Notes under the pieces: generated by a model
Databases searched by the model: none
What the model was told of the DNA's origin: nothing
Seen by the model: the letters and a program-made list of their open reading frames with translations, nothing else
DNA from: Eledone cirrhosa
Lineage: Eukaryota
Length of the DNA: 64,000 nt
Assembly: GCA_964016885.1 (NCBI GenBank)
Contig: OZ024754.1
Location: 21,514,001-21,578,000, forward strand
Direction: 5' to 3'
In this document: piece by piece, positions 13,299-30,033 of the stretch
Layout: each line of letters opens with the position of its first letter
How positions within the stretch are numbered: the first letter of the stretch is position 1
Translations under genes and position numbers: made by a program

Positions 13299-16200
13299 TT
13301 AACTAGTTTTAATAAATTGTCTAGATGTTAAGTATATACTATATTAACTACAGTTTTAATAAATTGTCTAGATGTTAAGTATATACTATATTAACTACAG
13401 TTTTAATAAATTATCTAGATGTTAAGTATATACTATATTAACTACAGTTTTAATAAATTGTCTAGATGTTAAGTATATCCTATATTAACTAGTTTTAATA
13501 AATTGTCTAGATGTTAAGTATATACTCTATTAACCACAGTTTTAATAAATTGTCTAGATATTAAGTATATACTATATTAACTACAGTTTTAATAAATTGT
13601 CTAAATGTTAAGTATATACTATATTAACTACAGTTTTAATAAATTGTCTAGATGTTAAGTATATACTATATTAACTACAGTTTTAATAAATTGTCTAGAT
13701 GTTAAGTATATACTATATTAACTACAGTTTTAATAAATTGTCTAGATGTTAAGTATATACTATATTAACTACAGTTTTAATAAATTGTCTAGATGTTAAG
13801 TATATACTATATTAACTAGTTTTAATAAATTGTCTAGATGTTAAGTATATACTCTATTAACCACAGTTTTAATAAATTGTCTAGATGTTAAGTATATACT
13901 ATATTAACTACAGTTTTAATAAATTGTCTAAATGTTAAGTATATACTATATTAACTACAGTTTAAATAAATTGTCTAGATGTTAAGTATATACTATATTA
14001 ACTACAGTTTTAATAAATTGTCTAGATGTTAAGTATATACTATATTAACTACAGTTTTAATAAATTGTCTAGATGTTAAGTATATACTATATTAACTCCA
14101 GTTTTAATAAATTGTCTAGATGTTAAGTATATACTATATTAACTACAGTTTTAATAAATTGTCTAGATGTTAAGTATATACTATATTAACTCCAGTTTTA
14201 ATAAATTGTCTAGATGTTAAGTATATACTATATTAACTACAGTTTTAATAAATTGTCTAGATGTTAAGTATATACTATATTAACTTCAGTTTTAATAAAT
14301 TGTCTAGATGTTAAGTATATACTATATTAACTAGTTTTAATAAATTGTCTAGATGTTAAGTATATACTATATTAACTACAGTTTTAATAGATTGTCTAGA
14401 TGTTAAATATATACTATATTAACTACAGTTTTAATAAATTGCCTAAATGTTAGGTATATACTATATTAACTACAGTTTAAATAAATTGTCTAGATGTTAA
14501 GTATATACTATATTAACTACAGTTTTAATAAATTGTCTAGATGTTAAGTATATACTATATTAACTACAGTTTTAATAAATTGTCTAGATGTTAAGTATAT
14601 ACTATATTAACTACAGTTTTAATAAATTGTCTAGATGTTAAGTATATACTATATTAACTACAGTTTTAATAAATTGTCTAGATGTTAAGTATATACTATA
14701 TTAACTACAGTTTTAATAAATTGTCTAGATGTTAAGTATATACTATATTAACTAGTTTTAATAAATTGTCTAGATGTTGAGTATATACTCTATTAACCAC
14801 AGTTTTAATAAATTGTCTAGATGTTAAGTATATACTATATTAACTAGTTTTAATAAATTGTCTAGATGTTAAGTATATACTATATTAACTAGTTTTAATA
14901 AATTGTCTAGATGTTAAGTATATACTATATTAACTAGTTTTAATAAATTGTCTAGATGTTAAGTAAATACTATATTAACTACAGTTTTAATAAATTGTCT
15001 AAATGTTAAGTATATACTATATTAACTACAGTTTAAATAAATTGTCTAGATGTTAAGTATATACTATATTAACTACAGTTTTAATAAATTGTCTAGATGT
15101 TAAGTATATACTCTATTAACCACAGTTTTAATAAATTGTCTAGATGTTAAGTATATACTATATTAACTACAGTTTTAATAAATTGTCTAAATGTTAAGTA
15201 TATACTATATTAACTACAGTTTAAATAAATTGTCTAGATGTTAAGTATATACTATATTAACTACAGTTTTAATAAATTGTCTAGATGTTAAGTATATACT
15301 ATATTAACTACAGTTTTAATAAATTGTCTAGATGTTAAGTATATACTATATTAACTACAGTTTTAATAAATTGTTTAAATGTTAAGTATATACTATATTA
15401 ACTACAGTTTAAATAAATTGTCTAGATGTTAAGTATATACTATATTAACTACAGTTTTAATAAATTGTCTAGATGTTAAGTATATACTATATTAACTCCA
15501 GTTTTAATAAATTGTCTAGATGTTAAGTATATACTATATTAACTACAGTTTTAATAAATTGTCTAGATGTTAAGTATATACTATATTAACTAGTTTTAAT
15601 AAATTGTCTAGATGTTAAGTATATACTATATTAACTGCAGTTTTAATAAATTGTCTAGATGTTAAGTATATACTATATTAACTAGTTTTAATAAATCGTC
15701 TAGATATTAAGTATATACTATATTAACTACAGTTTTAATAAATTGTCTAGATTTAAGTATATACTATATTAACTACAGTTTTAATAAATTGTCTAGATGT
15801 TAAGTATATACTATATTAACTACAGTTTTAATAAATTATCTAGATGTTAAGTATATACTATATTAACTAGTTTTAATAAATTGTCTAGATGTTAAGTATA
15901 TACTATATTAACTAGTTTTAATAAATTGTCTAGATATTAAGTATATACTATATTAACTACAGTTTTAATAAATTGTCTAGATGTTAAGTATATACTATAT
16001 TAACTACAGTTTTAATAAATTGTCTAGATGTTAAGTATATACTATATTAACTAGTTTTAATAAATTGTCTAGATGTTAAGTATATACTATATTAACTACG
16101 GTTTTAATAGATTGTCTAGATGTTAAATATATACTATATTAACTACAGTTTTAATAAATTGCCTAAATGTTAGGTATATACTATATTAACTACAGTTTAA

Positions 16201-19200
16201 ATAAATTGTCTAGATGTTAAGTATATACTATATTAACTACAGTTTTAATAAATTGTCTAGATGTTAAGTATATACTATATTAACTACAGTTTTAATAAAT
16301 TGTCTAGATGTTAAGTATATACTATATTAACTACAGTTTTAATAAATTGTCTAGATGTTCAGTATATACTATATTAACTACAGTTTTAATAAATTGTCTA
16401 GATGTTAAGTATATACTATATTAACTACAGTTTTAATAAATTGTCTAGATGTTAAGTATATACTATATTAACTAGTTTTAATAAATTGTCTAGATGTTAA
16501 GTATATAGTCTATTAACCACTGTTTTAATAAATTGTCTAGATGTTAAGTATATACTATATTAACTAGTTTTAATAAATTGTCTAGATGTTAAGTATATAC
16601 TATATTAACTAGTTTTAATAAATTGTCTAGATGTTTCAGTATATACTATATTAACTAGTTTTAATAAATTGTCTAGATGTTAAGTATATACTATATTAAC
16701 TACAGTTTTAATAAATTGTCTAAATGTTAAGTATATACTATATAAACTACAGTTTAAATAAATTGTCTAGATGTTAAATATATACTATATTAACTACAGT
16801 TTTAATAAATTGTCTAGATGTTAAGTATATACTCTATTAACCACAGTTTTAATAAATTGTCTAGATGTTATGTATATACTATATTAACTACAGTTTAAAT
16901 AAATTGTCTAGATGTTAAGTATGTACTATATTAACTACAGTTTTTAATAAATTATCTAGATGTTAAGTATATACTATATTAACTACAGTTTTAATAAATT
17001 GTCTAGATGTTAAGTATATACTATATTAACTACAGTTTTAATAAATTGTCTAAATGTTAAGTATATACTATATTAACTACAGTTTAAATAAATTGTCTAG
17101 ATGTTAAGTATATACTATATTAATTACAGTTTTAATAAATTGTCTAGATGTTAAGTATATACTATATTAACTCCAGTTTTTAATAAATTGTCTAGATGTT
17201 AAGTATATACTATATTAACTACAGTTTTAATAAATGGTCTAGATGTTAAGTATATACTATATTAACTACAGTTTTAATAAATTGTCTAGATGTTAAGTAT
17301 ATACTATATTAACTAGTTTTAATAAATTGTTTAGATTTTAAGTATATACTATATTAACTACAGTTTTAATAAATTGTCTAGATGTTAAGTATATACTATA
17401 TTAACTAGTTTTAATGAATTGTCTAGATATTAAGTATATACTATATTAACTAAAGTTTTAATAAATTGTCTAGATGTTAAGTATATACTATATTAACTAC
17501 AGTTTTAATAAATTGTCTAGATGTTAAGTATATACTATATTAACTACAGTTTTAATAAATTGTCTAGATGTTAAGTATATACTATATTAACTAGTTTTAA
17601 TAAATTGTCTAGATGTTAAGTATATACTATATTAACTACAGTTTTAATAAATTGTTTAAATGTTAGTATATACTATATTAACTACAGTTTAAATAAATTG
17701 TCTAGATGTTAAGTATAACTATATTAACTACAGTTTTAATAAATTGTCTAGATGTTAAGTATATACTATATTAACTCCAGTTTTAATAAATTGTCTAGAT
17801 GTTAAGTATATACTATATTAACTACAGTTTTAATAAATTGTCTAGATGTTAAGTATATACTATATTAACTAGTTTTAATAAATTGTCTAGATGTTAAGTA
17901 TATACTATATTAACTGCAGTTTTAATAAATTGTCTAGATGTTAAGTATATACTATATTAACTAGTTTTAATAAATCGTCTAGATATTAAGTATATACTAT
18001 ATTAACTACAGTTTTAATAAATTGTCTAGATGTTAAGTATATACTATATTAACTACAGTTTTAATAAATTGTCTAGATGTTAAGTATATACTATATTAAC
18101 TACAGTTTTAATAAATTGCCTAAATGTTAGGTATATACTATATTAACTACAGTTTAAATAAATTGTCTAGATGTTAAGTATATACTATATTAACTACAGT
18201 TTTAATAAATTGTCTAGATGTTAAGTATATACTATATTAACTACAGTTTTAATAAATTGTCTAGATGTTAAGTATATACTATATTAACTACAGTTTTAAT
18301 AAATTGTCTATATGTTCAGTATATACTATATTAACTACAGTTTTAATAAATTGTCTAGATGTTAAGTATATACTATATTAACTACAGTTTTAATAAATTG
18401 TCTAGATGTTAAGTATATACTATATTAACTAGTTTTAATAAATTGTCTAGATGTTAAGTATATAGTCTATTAACCACTGTTTTAATAAATTGTCTAGATG
18501 TTAAGTATATACTATATTAACTAGTTTTAATAAATTGTCTAGATGTTCAGTATATACTATATTAACTAGTTTTAATAAATTGTCTAGATGTTAAGTATAT
18601 ACTATATTAACTACAGTTTTAATAAATTGTCTAAATGTTAAGTATATACTATATAAACTACAGTTTAAATAAATTGTCTAGATGTTAAATATATACTATA
18701 TTAACTACAGTTTTAATAAATTGTCTAGATGTTAAGTATATACTCTATTAACCACAGTTTTAATAAATTGTCTAGATGTTAAGTATATACTATATTAACT
18801 ACAGTTTAAAATAAATTGTCTAGATGTTAAGTATGTACTATATTAACTACAGTTTTAATAAATTATCTAGATGTTAAGTATATACTATATTAACTACAGT
18901 TTTAATAAATTGTCTAGATGTTAAGTATATACTATATTAACTACAGTTTTAATAAATTGTCTAAATGTTAAGTATATACTATATTAACTACAGTTTAAAT
19001 AAATTGTCTAGATGTTAAGTATATACTATATTAATTACAGTTTTAATAAATTGTCTAGATGTTAAGTATATACTATATTAACTCCAGTTTTAATAAATTG
19101 TCTAGATGTTAAGTATATACTATATTAACTACAGTTTTAATAAATTGTCTAGATGTTAAGTATATACTATATTAACTACAGTTTTAATAAATTGTCTAGA

Positions 19201-22200
19201 TGTTAAGTATATACTATATTAACTAGTTTTAATAAATTGTTTAGATGTTAAGTATATACTATATTAACTACAGTTTTAATAAATTGTCTAGATGTTAAGT
19301 ATATACTATATTAACTAGTTTTAATGAATTGTCTAGATATTAAGTATATACTATATTAACTACAGTTTTAATAAATTGTCTAGATGTTAAGTATATACTA
19401 TATTAACTACAGTTTTAATAAATTGTCTAGATGTTAAGTATATACTATATTAACTACAGTTTTAATAAATTGTCTAGATGTTAAGTATATACTATATTAA
19501 CTAGTTTTAATAAATTGTCTAGATGTTAAGTATATACTATATTAACTTCAGTATATACTATATTATATACTATACTATATTATATACTATACTATACTAT
19601 ATACTTAAGTATATACTATATTAACTAGTTTTTTAATAAATTGTCTAGATGTTAAGTATATACTATATTAACTCCAGTTTTATAAGTATATACTATATTA
19701 ACTACAGTTTTAATAAATTGTCTAGATGTTAAGTATATACTATATTAACTAGTTTTAATAAATTGTCTAGATGTTACGTATATACTATATTAACTACAGT
19801 TTTAATAAATTGTCTAGATGTTAAGTTTATACTATATTAACTACAGTTTTAATAAATTGTCTAAATGTTAAGTATATACTATATTAACTACAGTTTTATC
19901 AATTGTCTAGATGTTAAGTATATACTATATTAACTACAGTTTTAATAAATTGTCTAGATGTTAAGTATATACTATATTAACTACAGTTTTATAAGTATAA
20001 ACTATATTAACTACAGTTTTAATAAATTGTCTAGATGTTAAGTATATACTATATTAACTACAATTTTAATAAATTGTCTAGATGTTAAGTTTATACTATA
20101 TTAACTCCAGTTTTAATAAATTGTCTAGATGTTAAGTATATACTATATTAACTACAGTTTTAATAAATTGTCTAGATGTAAGTATATACTATATTAACTA
20201 CAGTTTTAATAAATTGTCTCGATGTTAGTATATACTATATTAACTAGTTTTAATAAATTGTCTAGATGTTAAGTATATACTATAGTAACTACAGTTTTAA
20301 TAAATTGTCTAGATGTTAAGTATATACTATATTAACTACAGTTTTAATAAATTGTCTAGATGTTAAGTATATACTATATTAACTAGTTTTAATAAATCGT
20401 CTAGATATTAAGTATATACTATATTAACTACAGTTTTAATCAATTGTCTAGATGTTAAGTATATACTATATTAACTACAGTTTTAATAAATTGTCTAGAT
20501 GTTAAGTATATACTATATTAACTACAGTTTTAATAAATTGTCTAGATGTTAAGTATATACTATATTAACTCCAGTTTTAATAAATTGTCTAGATGTTAAG
20601 TATATACTATATTAACTAGTTTTAATAAATTGTCTAGATGTTAAGTATATACTATATTAACTACAGTTTAAATAAATTGTCTAGATGTTAAGTATATACT
20701 ATATTAACTACAGTTTTAATAAATTGTCTAGATGTTAAGTATATACTATATTAACTACAGTTTTAATAAATTGTCTAGATGTTAAGTATATACTATATTA
20801 ACTACAGTTTTAATAAATTGTTTAAATGTTAAGTATATACTATATTAACTACAGTTTAAATAAATTGTCTAGATGTTAAGTATATACTATATTAACTACA
20901 GTTTTAATAAATTGTCTAGATGTTAAGTATATACTATATTAACTAGTTTTAATAAATTGTCTAGATGTTACGTATATACTATATTAACTACAGTTTTAAT
21001 AAATTGTCTAGATGTTAAGTTTATACTATATTAACTACAGTTTTAATAAATTGTCTAAATGTTAAGTATATACTATATTAACTACAGTTTTAATCAATTG
21101 TCTAGATGTTAAGTATATACTATATTAACTACAGTTTTAATAAATTGTCTAGATGTTAAGTATATACTATATTAACTACAGTTTTATAAGTATAAACTAT
21201 ATTAACTACAGTTTTAATAAATTGTCTAGATGTTAAGTATATACTATATTAACTACAATTTTAATAAATTGTCTAGATGTTAAGTTTATACTATATTAAC
21301 TCCAGTTTTAATAAATTGTCTAGATGTTAAGTATATACTATATTAACTACAGTTTTAATAAATTGTCTAGATGTTAAGTATATACTATATTAACTACAGT
21401 TTTAATAAATTGTCTCGATGTTAAGTATATACTATATTAACTAGTTTTAATAAATTGTCTAGATGTTAAGTATATACTATAGTAACTACAGTTTTAATAA
21501 ATTGTCTAGATGTTAAGTATATACTATATTAACTACAGTTTTAATAAATTGTCTAGATGTTAAGTATATACTATATTAACTAGTTTTAATAAATCGTCTA
21601 GATATTAAGTATATACTATATTAACTACAGTTTTAATCAATTGTCTAGATGTTAAGTATATACTATATTAACTACAGTTTTAATAAATTGTCTAGATGTT
21701 AAGTATATACTATATTAACTACAGTTTTAATAAATTGTCTAGATGTTAAGTATATACTATATTAACTCCAGTTTTAATAAATTGTCTAGATGTTAAGTAT
21801 ATACTATATTAACTAGTTTTAATAAATTGTCTAGATGTTAAGTATATACTATATTAACTACAGTTTAAATAAATTGTCTAGATGTTAAGTATATACTATA
21901 TTAACTACAGTTTTAATAAATTGTCTAGATGTTAAGTATATACTATATTAACTACAGTTTTAATAAATTGTCTAGATGTTAAGTATATACTATATTAACT
22001 ACAGTTTTAATAAATTGTTTAAATGTTAAGTATATACTATATTAACTACAGTTTAAATAAATTGTCTAGATGTTAAGTATATACTATATTAACTACAGTT
22101 TTAATAAATTGTCTAGATGTTAAGTATATACTATATTAACTCCAGTTTTAATAAATTGTCTAGATGTTAAGTATATACTATATTAACTACAGTTTTAATA

Positions 22201-25200
22201 AATTGTCTAGATGTTAAGTATATACTATATTAACTAGTTTTAATAAATTGTCTAGATGTTAAGTATATACTATATTAACTGCAGTTTTAATAAATTGTCT
22301 AGATGTTAAGTATATACTATATTAACTAGTTTTAATAAATCGTCTAGATATTAAGTATATACTATATTAACTACAGTTTTAATAAATTGTCTAGATGTTA
22401 AGTATATACTATATTAACTACAGTTTTAATAAATTGTCTAGATGTTAAGTATATACTATATTAACTACAGTTTTAATAAATTATCTAGATGTTAAGTATA
22501 TACTATATTAACTAGTTTTAATAAATTGTCTAGATGTTAAGTATATACTATATTAACTAGTTTTAATAAATTGTCTAGATATTAAGTATATACTATATTA
22601 ACTACAGTTTTAATAAATTGTCTAGATGTTAAGTATATACTATATTAACTAGTTTTAATAAATTGTCTAGATGTTAAGTATATACTATATTAACTACGGT
22701 TTTAATAGATTGTCTAGATGTTAAATATATACTATATTAACTACAGTTTTAATAAATTGCCTAAATGTTAGGTATATACTATATTAACTACAGTTTAAAT
22801 AAATTGTCTAGATGTTAAGTATATACTATATTAACTACAGTTTTAATAAATTGTCTAGATGTTAAGTATATACTATATTAACTACAGTTTTAATAAATTG
22901 TCTAGATGTTAAGTATATACTATATTAACTACAGTTTTAATAAATTGTCTAGATGTTCAGTATATACTATATTAACTACAGTTTTAATAAATTGTCTAGA
23001 TGTTAAGTATATACTATATTAACTACAGTTTTAATAAATTGTCTAGATGTTAAGTATATACTATATTAACTAGTTTTAATAAATTGTCTAGATGTTAAGT
23101 ATATAGTCTATTAACCACTGTTTTAATAAATTGTCTAGATGTTAAGTATATACTATATTAACTAGTTTTAATAAATTGTCTAGATGTTAAGTATATACTA
23201 TATTAACTAGTTTTAATAAATTGTCTAGATGTTCAGTATATACTATATTAACTAGTTTTAATAAATTGTCTAGATGTTAAGTATATACTATATTAACTAC
23301 AGTTTTAATAAATTGTCTAAATGTTAAGTATATACTATATAAACTACAGTTTAAATAAATTGTCTAGATGTTAAATATATACTATATTAACTACAGTTTT
23401 AATAAATTGTCTAGATGTTAAGTATATACTCTATTAACCACAGTTTTAATAAATTGTCTAGATGTTATGTATATACTATATTAACTACAGTTTAAATAAA
23501 TTGTCTAGATGTTAAGTATGTACTATATTAACTACAGTTTTAATAAATTATCTAGATGTTAAGTATATACTATATTAACTACAGTTTTAATAAATTGTCT
23601 AGATGTTAAGTATATACTATATTAACTACAGTTTTAATAAATTGTCTAAATGTTAAGTATATACTATATTAACTACAGTTTAAATAAATTGTCTAGATGT
23701 TAAGTATATACTATATTAATTACAGTTTTAATAAATTGTCTAGATGTTAAGTATATACTATATTAACTCCAGTTTTAATAAATTGTCTAGATGTTAAGTA
23801 TATACTATATTAACTACAGTTTTAATAAATTGTCTAGATGTTAAGTATATACTATATTAACTACAGTTTTAATAAATTGTCTAGATGTTAAGTATATACT
23901 ATATTAACTAGTTTTAATAAATTGTTTAGATTTTAAGTATATACTATATTAACTACAGTTTTAATAAATTGTCTAGATGTTAAGTATATACTATATTAAC
24001 TAGTTTTAATGAATTGTCTAGATATTAAGTATATACTATATTAACTACAGTTTTAATAAATTGTCTAGATGTTAAGTATATACTATATTAACTACAGTTT
24101 TAATAAATTGTCTAGATGTTAAGTATATACTATATTAACTACAGTTTTAATAAATTGTCTAGATGTTAAGTATATACTATATTAACTAGTTTTAATAAAT
24201 TGTCTAGATGTTAAGTATATACTATATTAACTACAGTTTTAATAAATTGTTTAAATGTTAAGTATATACTATATTAACTACAGTTTAAATAAATTGTCTA
24301 GATGTTAAGTATATACTATATTAACTACAGTTTTAATAAATTGTCTAGATGTTAAGTATATACTATATTAACTCCAGTTTTAATAAATTGTCTAGATGTT
24401 AAGTATATACTATATTAACTACAGTTTTAATAAATTGTCTAGATGTTAAGTATATACTATATTAACTAGTTTTAATAAATTGTCTAGATGTTAAGTATAT
24501 ACTATATTAACTGCAGTTTTAATAAATTGTCTAGATGTTAAGTATATACTATATTAACTAGTTTTAATAAATCGTCTAGATATTAAGTATATACTATATT
24601 AACTACAGTTTTAATAAATTGTCTAGATGTTAAGTATATACTATATTAACTACAGTTTTAATAAATTGTCTAGATGTTAAGTATATACTATATTAACTAC
24701 AGTTTTAATAAATTATCTAGATGTTAAGTATATACTATATTAACTAGTTTTAATAAATTGTCTAGATGTTAAGTATATACTATATTAACTAGTTTTAATA
24801 AATTGTCTAGATATTAAGTATATACTATATTAACTACAGTTTTAATAAATTGTCTAGATGTTAAGTATATACTATATTAACTACAGTTTTAATAAATTGT
24901 CTAGATGTTAAGTATATACTATATTAACTAGTTTTAATAAATTGTCTAGATGTTAAGTATATACTATATTAACTACGGTTTTAATAGATTGTCTAGATGT
25001 TAAATATATACTATATTAACTACAGTTTTAATAAATTGCCTAAATGTTAGGTATATACTATATTAACTACAGTTTAAATAAATTGTCTAGATGTTAAGTA
25101 TATACTATATTAACTACAGTTTTAATAAATTGTCTAGATGTTAAGTATATACTATATTAACTACAGTTTTAATAAATTGTCTAGATGTTAAGTATATACT

Positions 25201-28200
25201 ATATTAACTACAGTTTTAATAAATTGTCTAGATGTTCAGTATATACTATATTAACTACAGTTTTAATAAATTGTCTAGATGTTAAGTATATACTATATTA
25301 ACTACAGTTTTAATAAATTGTCTAGATGTTAAGTATATACTATATTAACTAGTTTTAATAAATTGTCTAGATGTTAAGTATATAGTCTATTAACCACTGT
25401 TTTAATAAATTGTCTAGATGTTAAGTATATACTATATTAACTAGTTTTAATAAATTGTCTAGATGTTCAGTATATACTATATTAACTAGTTTTAATAAAT
25501 TGTCTAGATGTTAAGTATATACTATATTAACTACAGTTTTAATAAATTGTCTAAATGTTAAGTATATACTATATAAACTACAGTTTAAATAAATTGTCTA
25601 GATGTTAAATATATACTATATTAACTACAGTTTTAATAAATTGTCTAGATGTTAAGTATATACTCTATTAACCACAGTTTTAATAAATTGTCTAGATGTT
25701 AAGTATATACTATATTAACTACAGTTTAAATAAATTGTCTAGATGTTAAGTATGTACTATATTAACTACAGTTTTAATAAATTATCTAGATGTTAAGTAT
25801 ATACTATATTAACTACAGTTTTAATAAATTGTCTAGATGTTAAGTATATACTATATTAACTACAGTTTTAATAAATTGTCTAAATGTTAAGTATATACTA
25901 TATTAACTACAGTTTAAATAAATTGTCTAGATGTTAAGTATATACTATATTAATTACAGTTTTAATAAATTGTCTAGATGTTAAGTATATACTATATTAA
26001 CTCCAGTTTTAATAAATTGTCTAGATGTTAAGTATATACTATATTAACTACAGTTTTAATAAATTGTCTAGATGTTAAGTATATACTATATTAACTACAG
26101 TTTTAATAAATTGTCTAGATGTTAAGTATATACTATATTAACTAGTTTTAATAAATTGTTTAGATGTTAAGTATATACTATATTAACTACAGTTTTAATA
26201 AATTGTCTAGATGTTAAGTATATACTATATTAACTAGTTTTAATGAATTGTCTAGATATTAAGTATATACTATATTAACTACAGTTTTAATAAATTGTCT
26301 AGATGTTAAGTATATACTATATTAACTCCAGTTTTATAAGTATATACTATATTAACTACAGTTTTAATAAATTGTCTAGATGTTAAGTATATACTATATT
26401 AACTAGTTTTAATAAATTGTCTAGATGTTACGTATATACTATATTAACTACAGTTTTAATAAATTGTCTAGATGTTAAGTTTATACTATATTAACTACAG
26501 TTTTAATAAATTGTCTAAATGTTAAGTATATACTATATTAACTACAGTTTTAATCAATTGTCTAGATGTTAAGTATATACTATATTAACTAGTTTTAATA
26601 AATTGTTTAGATGTTAAGTATATACTATATTAACTACAGTTTTAATAAATTGTCTAGATGTTAAGTATATACTATATTAACTAGTTTTAATGAATTGTCT
26701 AGATATTAAGTATATACTATATTAACTACAGTTTTAATAAATTGTCTAGATGTTAAGTATATACTATATTAACTACAGTTTTAATAAATTGTCTAGATGT
26801 TAAGTATATACTATATTAACTACAGTTTTAATAAATTGTCTAGATGTTAAGTATATACTATATTAACTAGTTTTAATAAATTGTCTAGATGTTAAGTATA
26901 TACTATATTAACTTCAGTATATACTATATTATATACTATACTATATTATATACTATACTATACTATATACTTAAGTATATACTATATTAACTAGTTTTAA
27001 TAAATTGTCTAGATGTTAAGTATATACTATATTAACTCCAGTTTTATAAGTATATACTATATTAACTACAGTTTTAATAAATTGTCTAGATGTTAAGTAT
27101 ATACTATATTAACTAGTTTTAATAAATTGTCTAGATGTTACGTATATACTATATTAACTACAGTTTTAATAAATTGTCTAGATGTTAAGTTTATACTATA
27201 TTAACTACAGTTTTAATAAATTGTCTAAATGTTAAGTATATACTATATTAACTACAGTTTTAATCAATTGTCTAGATGTTAAGTATATACTATATTAACT
27301 ACAGTTTTAATAAATTGTCTAGATGTTAAGTATATACTATATTAACTACAGTTTTATAAGTATAAACTATATTAACTACAGTTTTAATAAATTGTCTAGA
27401 TGTTAAGTATATACTATATTAACTACAATTTTAATAAATTGTCTAGATGTTAAGTTTATACTATATTAACTCCAGTTTTAATAAATTGTCTAGATGTTAA
27501 GTATATACTATATTAACTACAGTTTTAATAAATTGTCTAGATGTTAAGTATATACTATATTAACTACAGTTTTAATAAATTGTCTCGATGTTAAGTATAT
27601 ACTATATTAACTAGTTTTAATAAATTGTCTAGATGTTAAGTATATACTATAGTAACTACAGTTTTAATAAATTGTCTAGATGTTAAGTATATACTATATT
27701 AACTACAGTTTTAATAAATTGTCTAGATGTTAAGTATATACTATATTAACTAGTTTTAATAAATCGTCTAGATATTAAGTATATACTATATTAACTACAG
27801 TTTTAATCAATTGTCTAGATGTTAAGTATATACTATATTAACTACAGTTTTAATAAATTGTCTAGATGTTAAGTATATACTATATTAACTACAGTTTTAA
27901 TAAATTGTCTAGATGTTAAGTATATACTATATTAACTCCAGTTTTAATAAATTGTCTAGATGTTAAGTATATACTATATTAACTAGTTTTAATAAATTGT
28001 CTAGATGTTAAGTATATACTATATTAACTAGTTTTAATAAATTGTCTAGATGTTAAGTATATACTATATTAACTACAGTTTTAATAAATTGTCTAGATGT
28101 TAAGTATATACTATATTAACTACAGTTTTAATAAATTGTCTAGATGTTAAGTATATACTATATTAACTACAGTTTTAATAAATTGTCTAGATGTTAAGAA

Positions 28201-29156
28201 TATACTATATTAACTTCAGTATATACTATATTAACTAGTTTTAATAAATTGTCTAGATGTTAAGTATATACTATATTAACTACAGTTTTAATAAATTATC
28301 TAGATGTTAAGTATATACTATATTAACTAGTTTTAATAAATTGTCTAGATGTTAAGTATATACTATATTAACTAGTTTTAATAAATTGTCTAGATATTAA
28401 GTATATACTATATTAACTACAGTTTTAATAAATTGTCTAGATGTTAAGTATATACTATATTAACTACAGTTTTAATAAATTGTCTAGATGTTAAGTATAT
28501 ACTATATTAACTAGTTTTAATAAATTGTCTAGATGTTAAGTATATACTATATTAACTACGGTTTTAATAGATTGTCTAGATGTTAAATATATACTATATT
28601 AACTACAGTTTTAATAAATTGCCTAAATGTTAGGTATATACTATATTAACTACAGTTTAAATAAATTGTCTAGATGTTAAGTATATACTATATTAACTAC
28701 AGTTTTAATAAATTGTCTAGATGTTAAGTATATACTATATTAACTACAGTTTTAATAAATTGTCTAGATGTTAAGTATATACTATATTAACTACAGTTTT
28801 AATAAATTGTCTAGATGTTCAGTATATACTATATTAACTACAGTTTTAATAAATTGTCTAGATGTTAAGTATATACTATATTAACTACAGTTTTAATAAA
28901 TTGTCTAGATGTTAAGTATATACTATATTAACTAGTTTTAATAAATTGTCTAGATGTTAAGTATATAGTCTATTAACCACTGTTTTAATAAATTGTCTAG
29001 ATGTTAAGTATATACTATATTAACTAGTTTTAATAAATTGTCTAGATGTTAAGTATATACTATATTAACTACAGTTTTAATATATTGTCTAGATGTTAAG
29101 TATATACTATATTAACTAGTTTTAATAAATTGTCTAGATGTTAAGTATATACTATA

Positions 29157-30033
29157 CTAGCAGTAAAGCCCGGCGTTGCTCGGGGTCGCTCAGTAGCTGT
29201 GTTAAAGTTACAATGTTAAGTTTCTTTCTTGGCTTAAAAACTGTAGTGTCTACTGTGCAGACTTGCATGTGGTGTTTTTGATTAATATTCCCTCAACCAA
29301 CAATATGCCTTATGAAGTTAAGAAAACATAACGATAACCCGAATGTTATAACAAAAGAGGATGCTGGGGATAGAAACTGCACTGGTTATTTATTAACAAA
29401 GATCGAAAATGTAAACACTGCAACGCAGAGAAAAACATTAACGTAACCAAATTATCAGTTATGTCTGTCTGCACGCCTATATCACCTCTCTGCACGACTG
29501 TCTGTCTGCACGCCTATATCACCTCTCTGCACGACTGTCTGTCTGCACGCGTATATCACCTCTCTGCACGACTGTCTGTCTGCACGACTGTCTGTCTGCA
29601 CGCCTAACGACGAAATATTTGCTTGTTTTACGTAGTCTTTAAATAGACTTGTTTTCAAGTAAAAATATTGTTTTAAGATGCTTTTAAATGGAAATGAAGC
29701 AAAACGGAAGCTTAGTGTTCGAACTGATGAATTTTGGAGGTCAATATTTTGCTGGCTCGACAACTGTTAAAGCCAGCGTAATTTTTTACGTAAGACGCTC
29801 AATGTAAACAGAACAAAGGGAAATAACTGATAACTTACGCTCAAAAATCGATACATTATATTCGATTTCGTCACATAGGGTGGGTCAATTTGAAATTTTT
29901 TTTTCCCGATTTCTTCGCTAGGGCTCAATGTACAAGTATAGCAATTTCGGTGCAATTCCGTGAGAGATTCTAAGAGGAGATGTGTGCCAAAAATCGATAG
30001 ACAGACAGACAACCACAGTTTTATATATATAGA
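29157..30033 (-). mobile_element. Non-autonomous Helitron, copy 2
   Basis: Appears identical to copy 1 at offset +16735, with the same termini, the same A|T site and the same flanking monomer variants. Confidence 0.9.

Noticed and set aside
12421-13299. Insert as a MITE/TIR transposon or SINE
   Set aside because: No terminal inverted repeats, target-site duplication, poly(A) tail or Pol III boxes. The TC...CTAG ends, hairpin and A|T site fit a Helitron.
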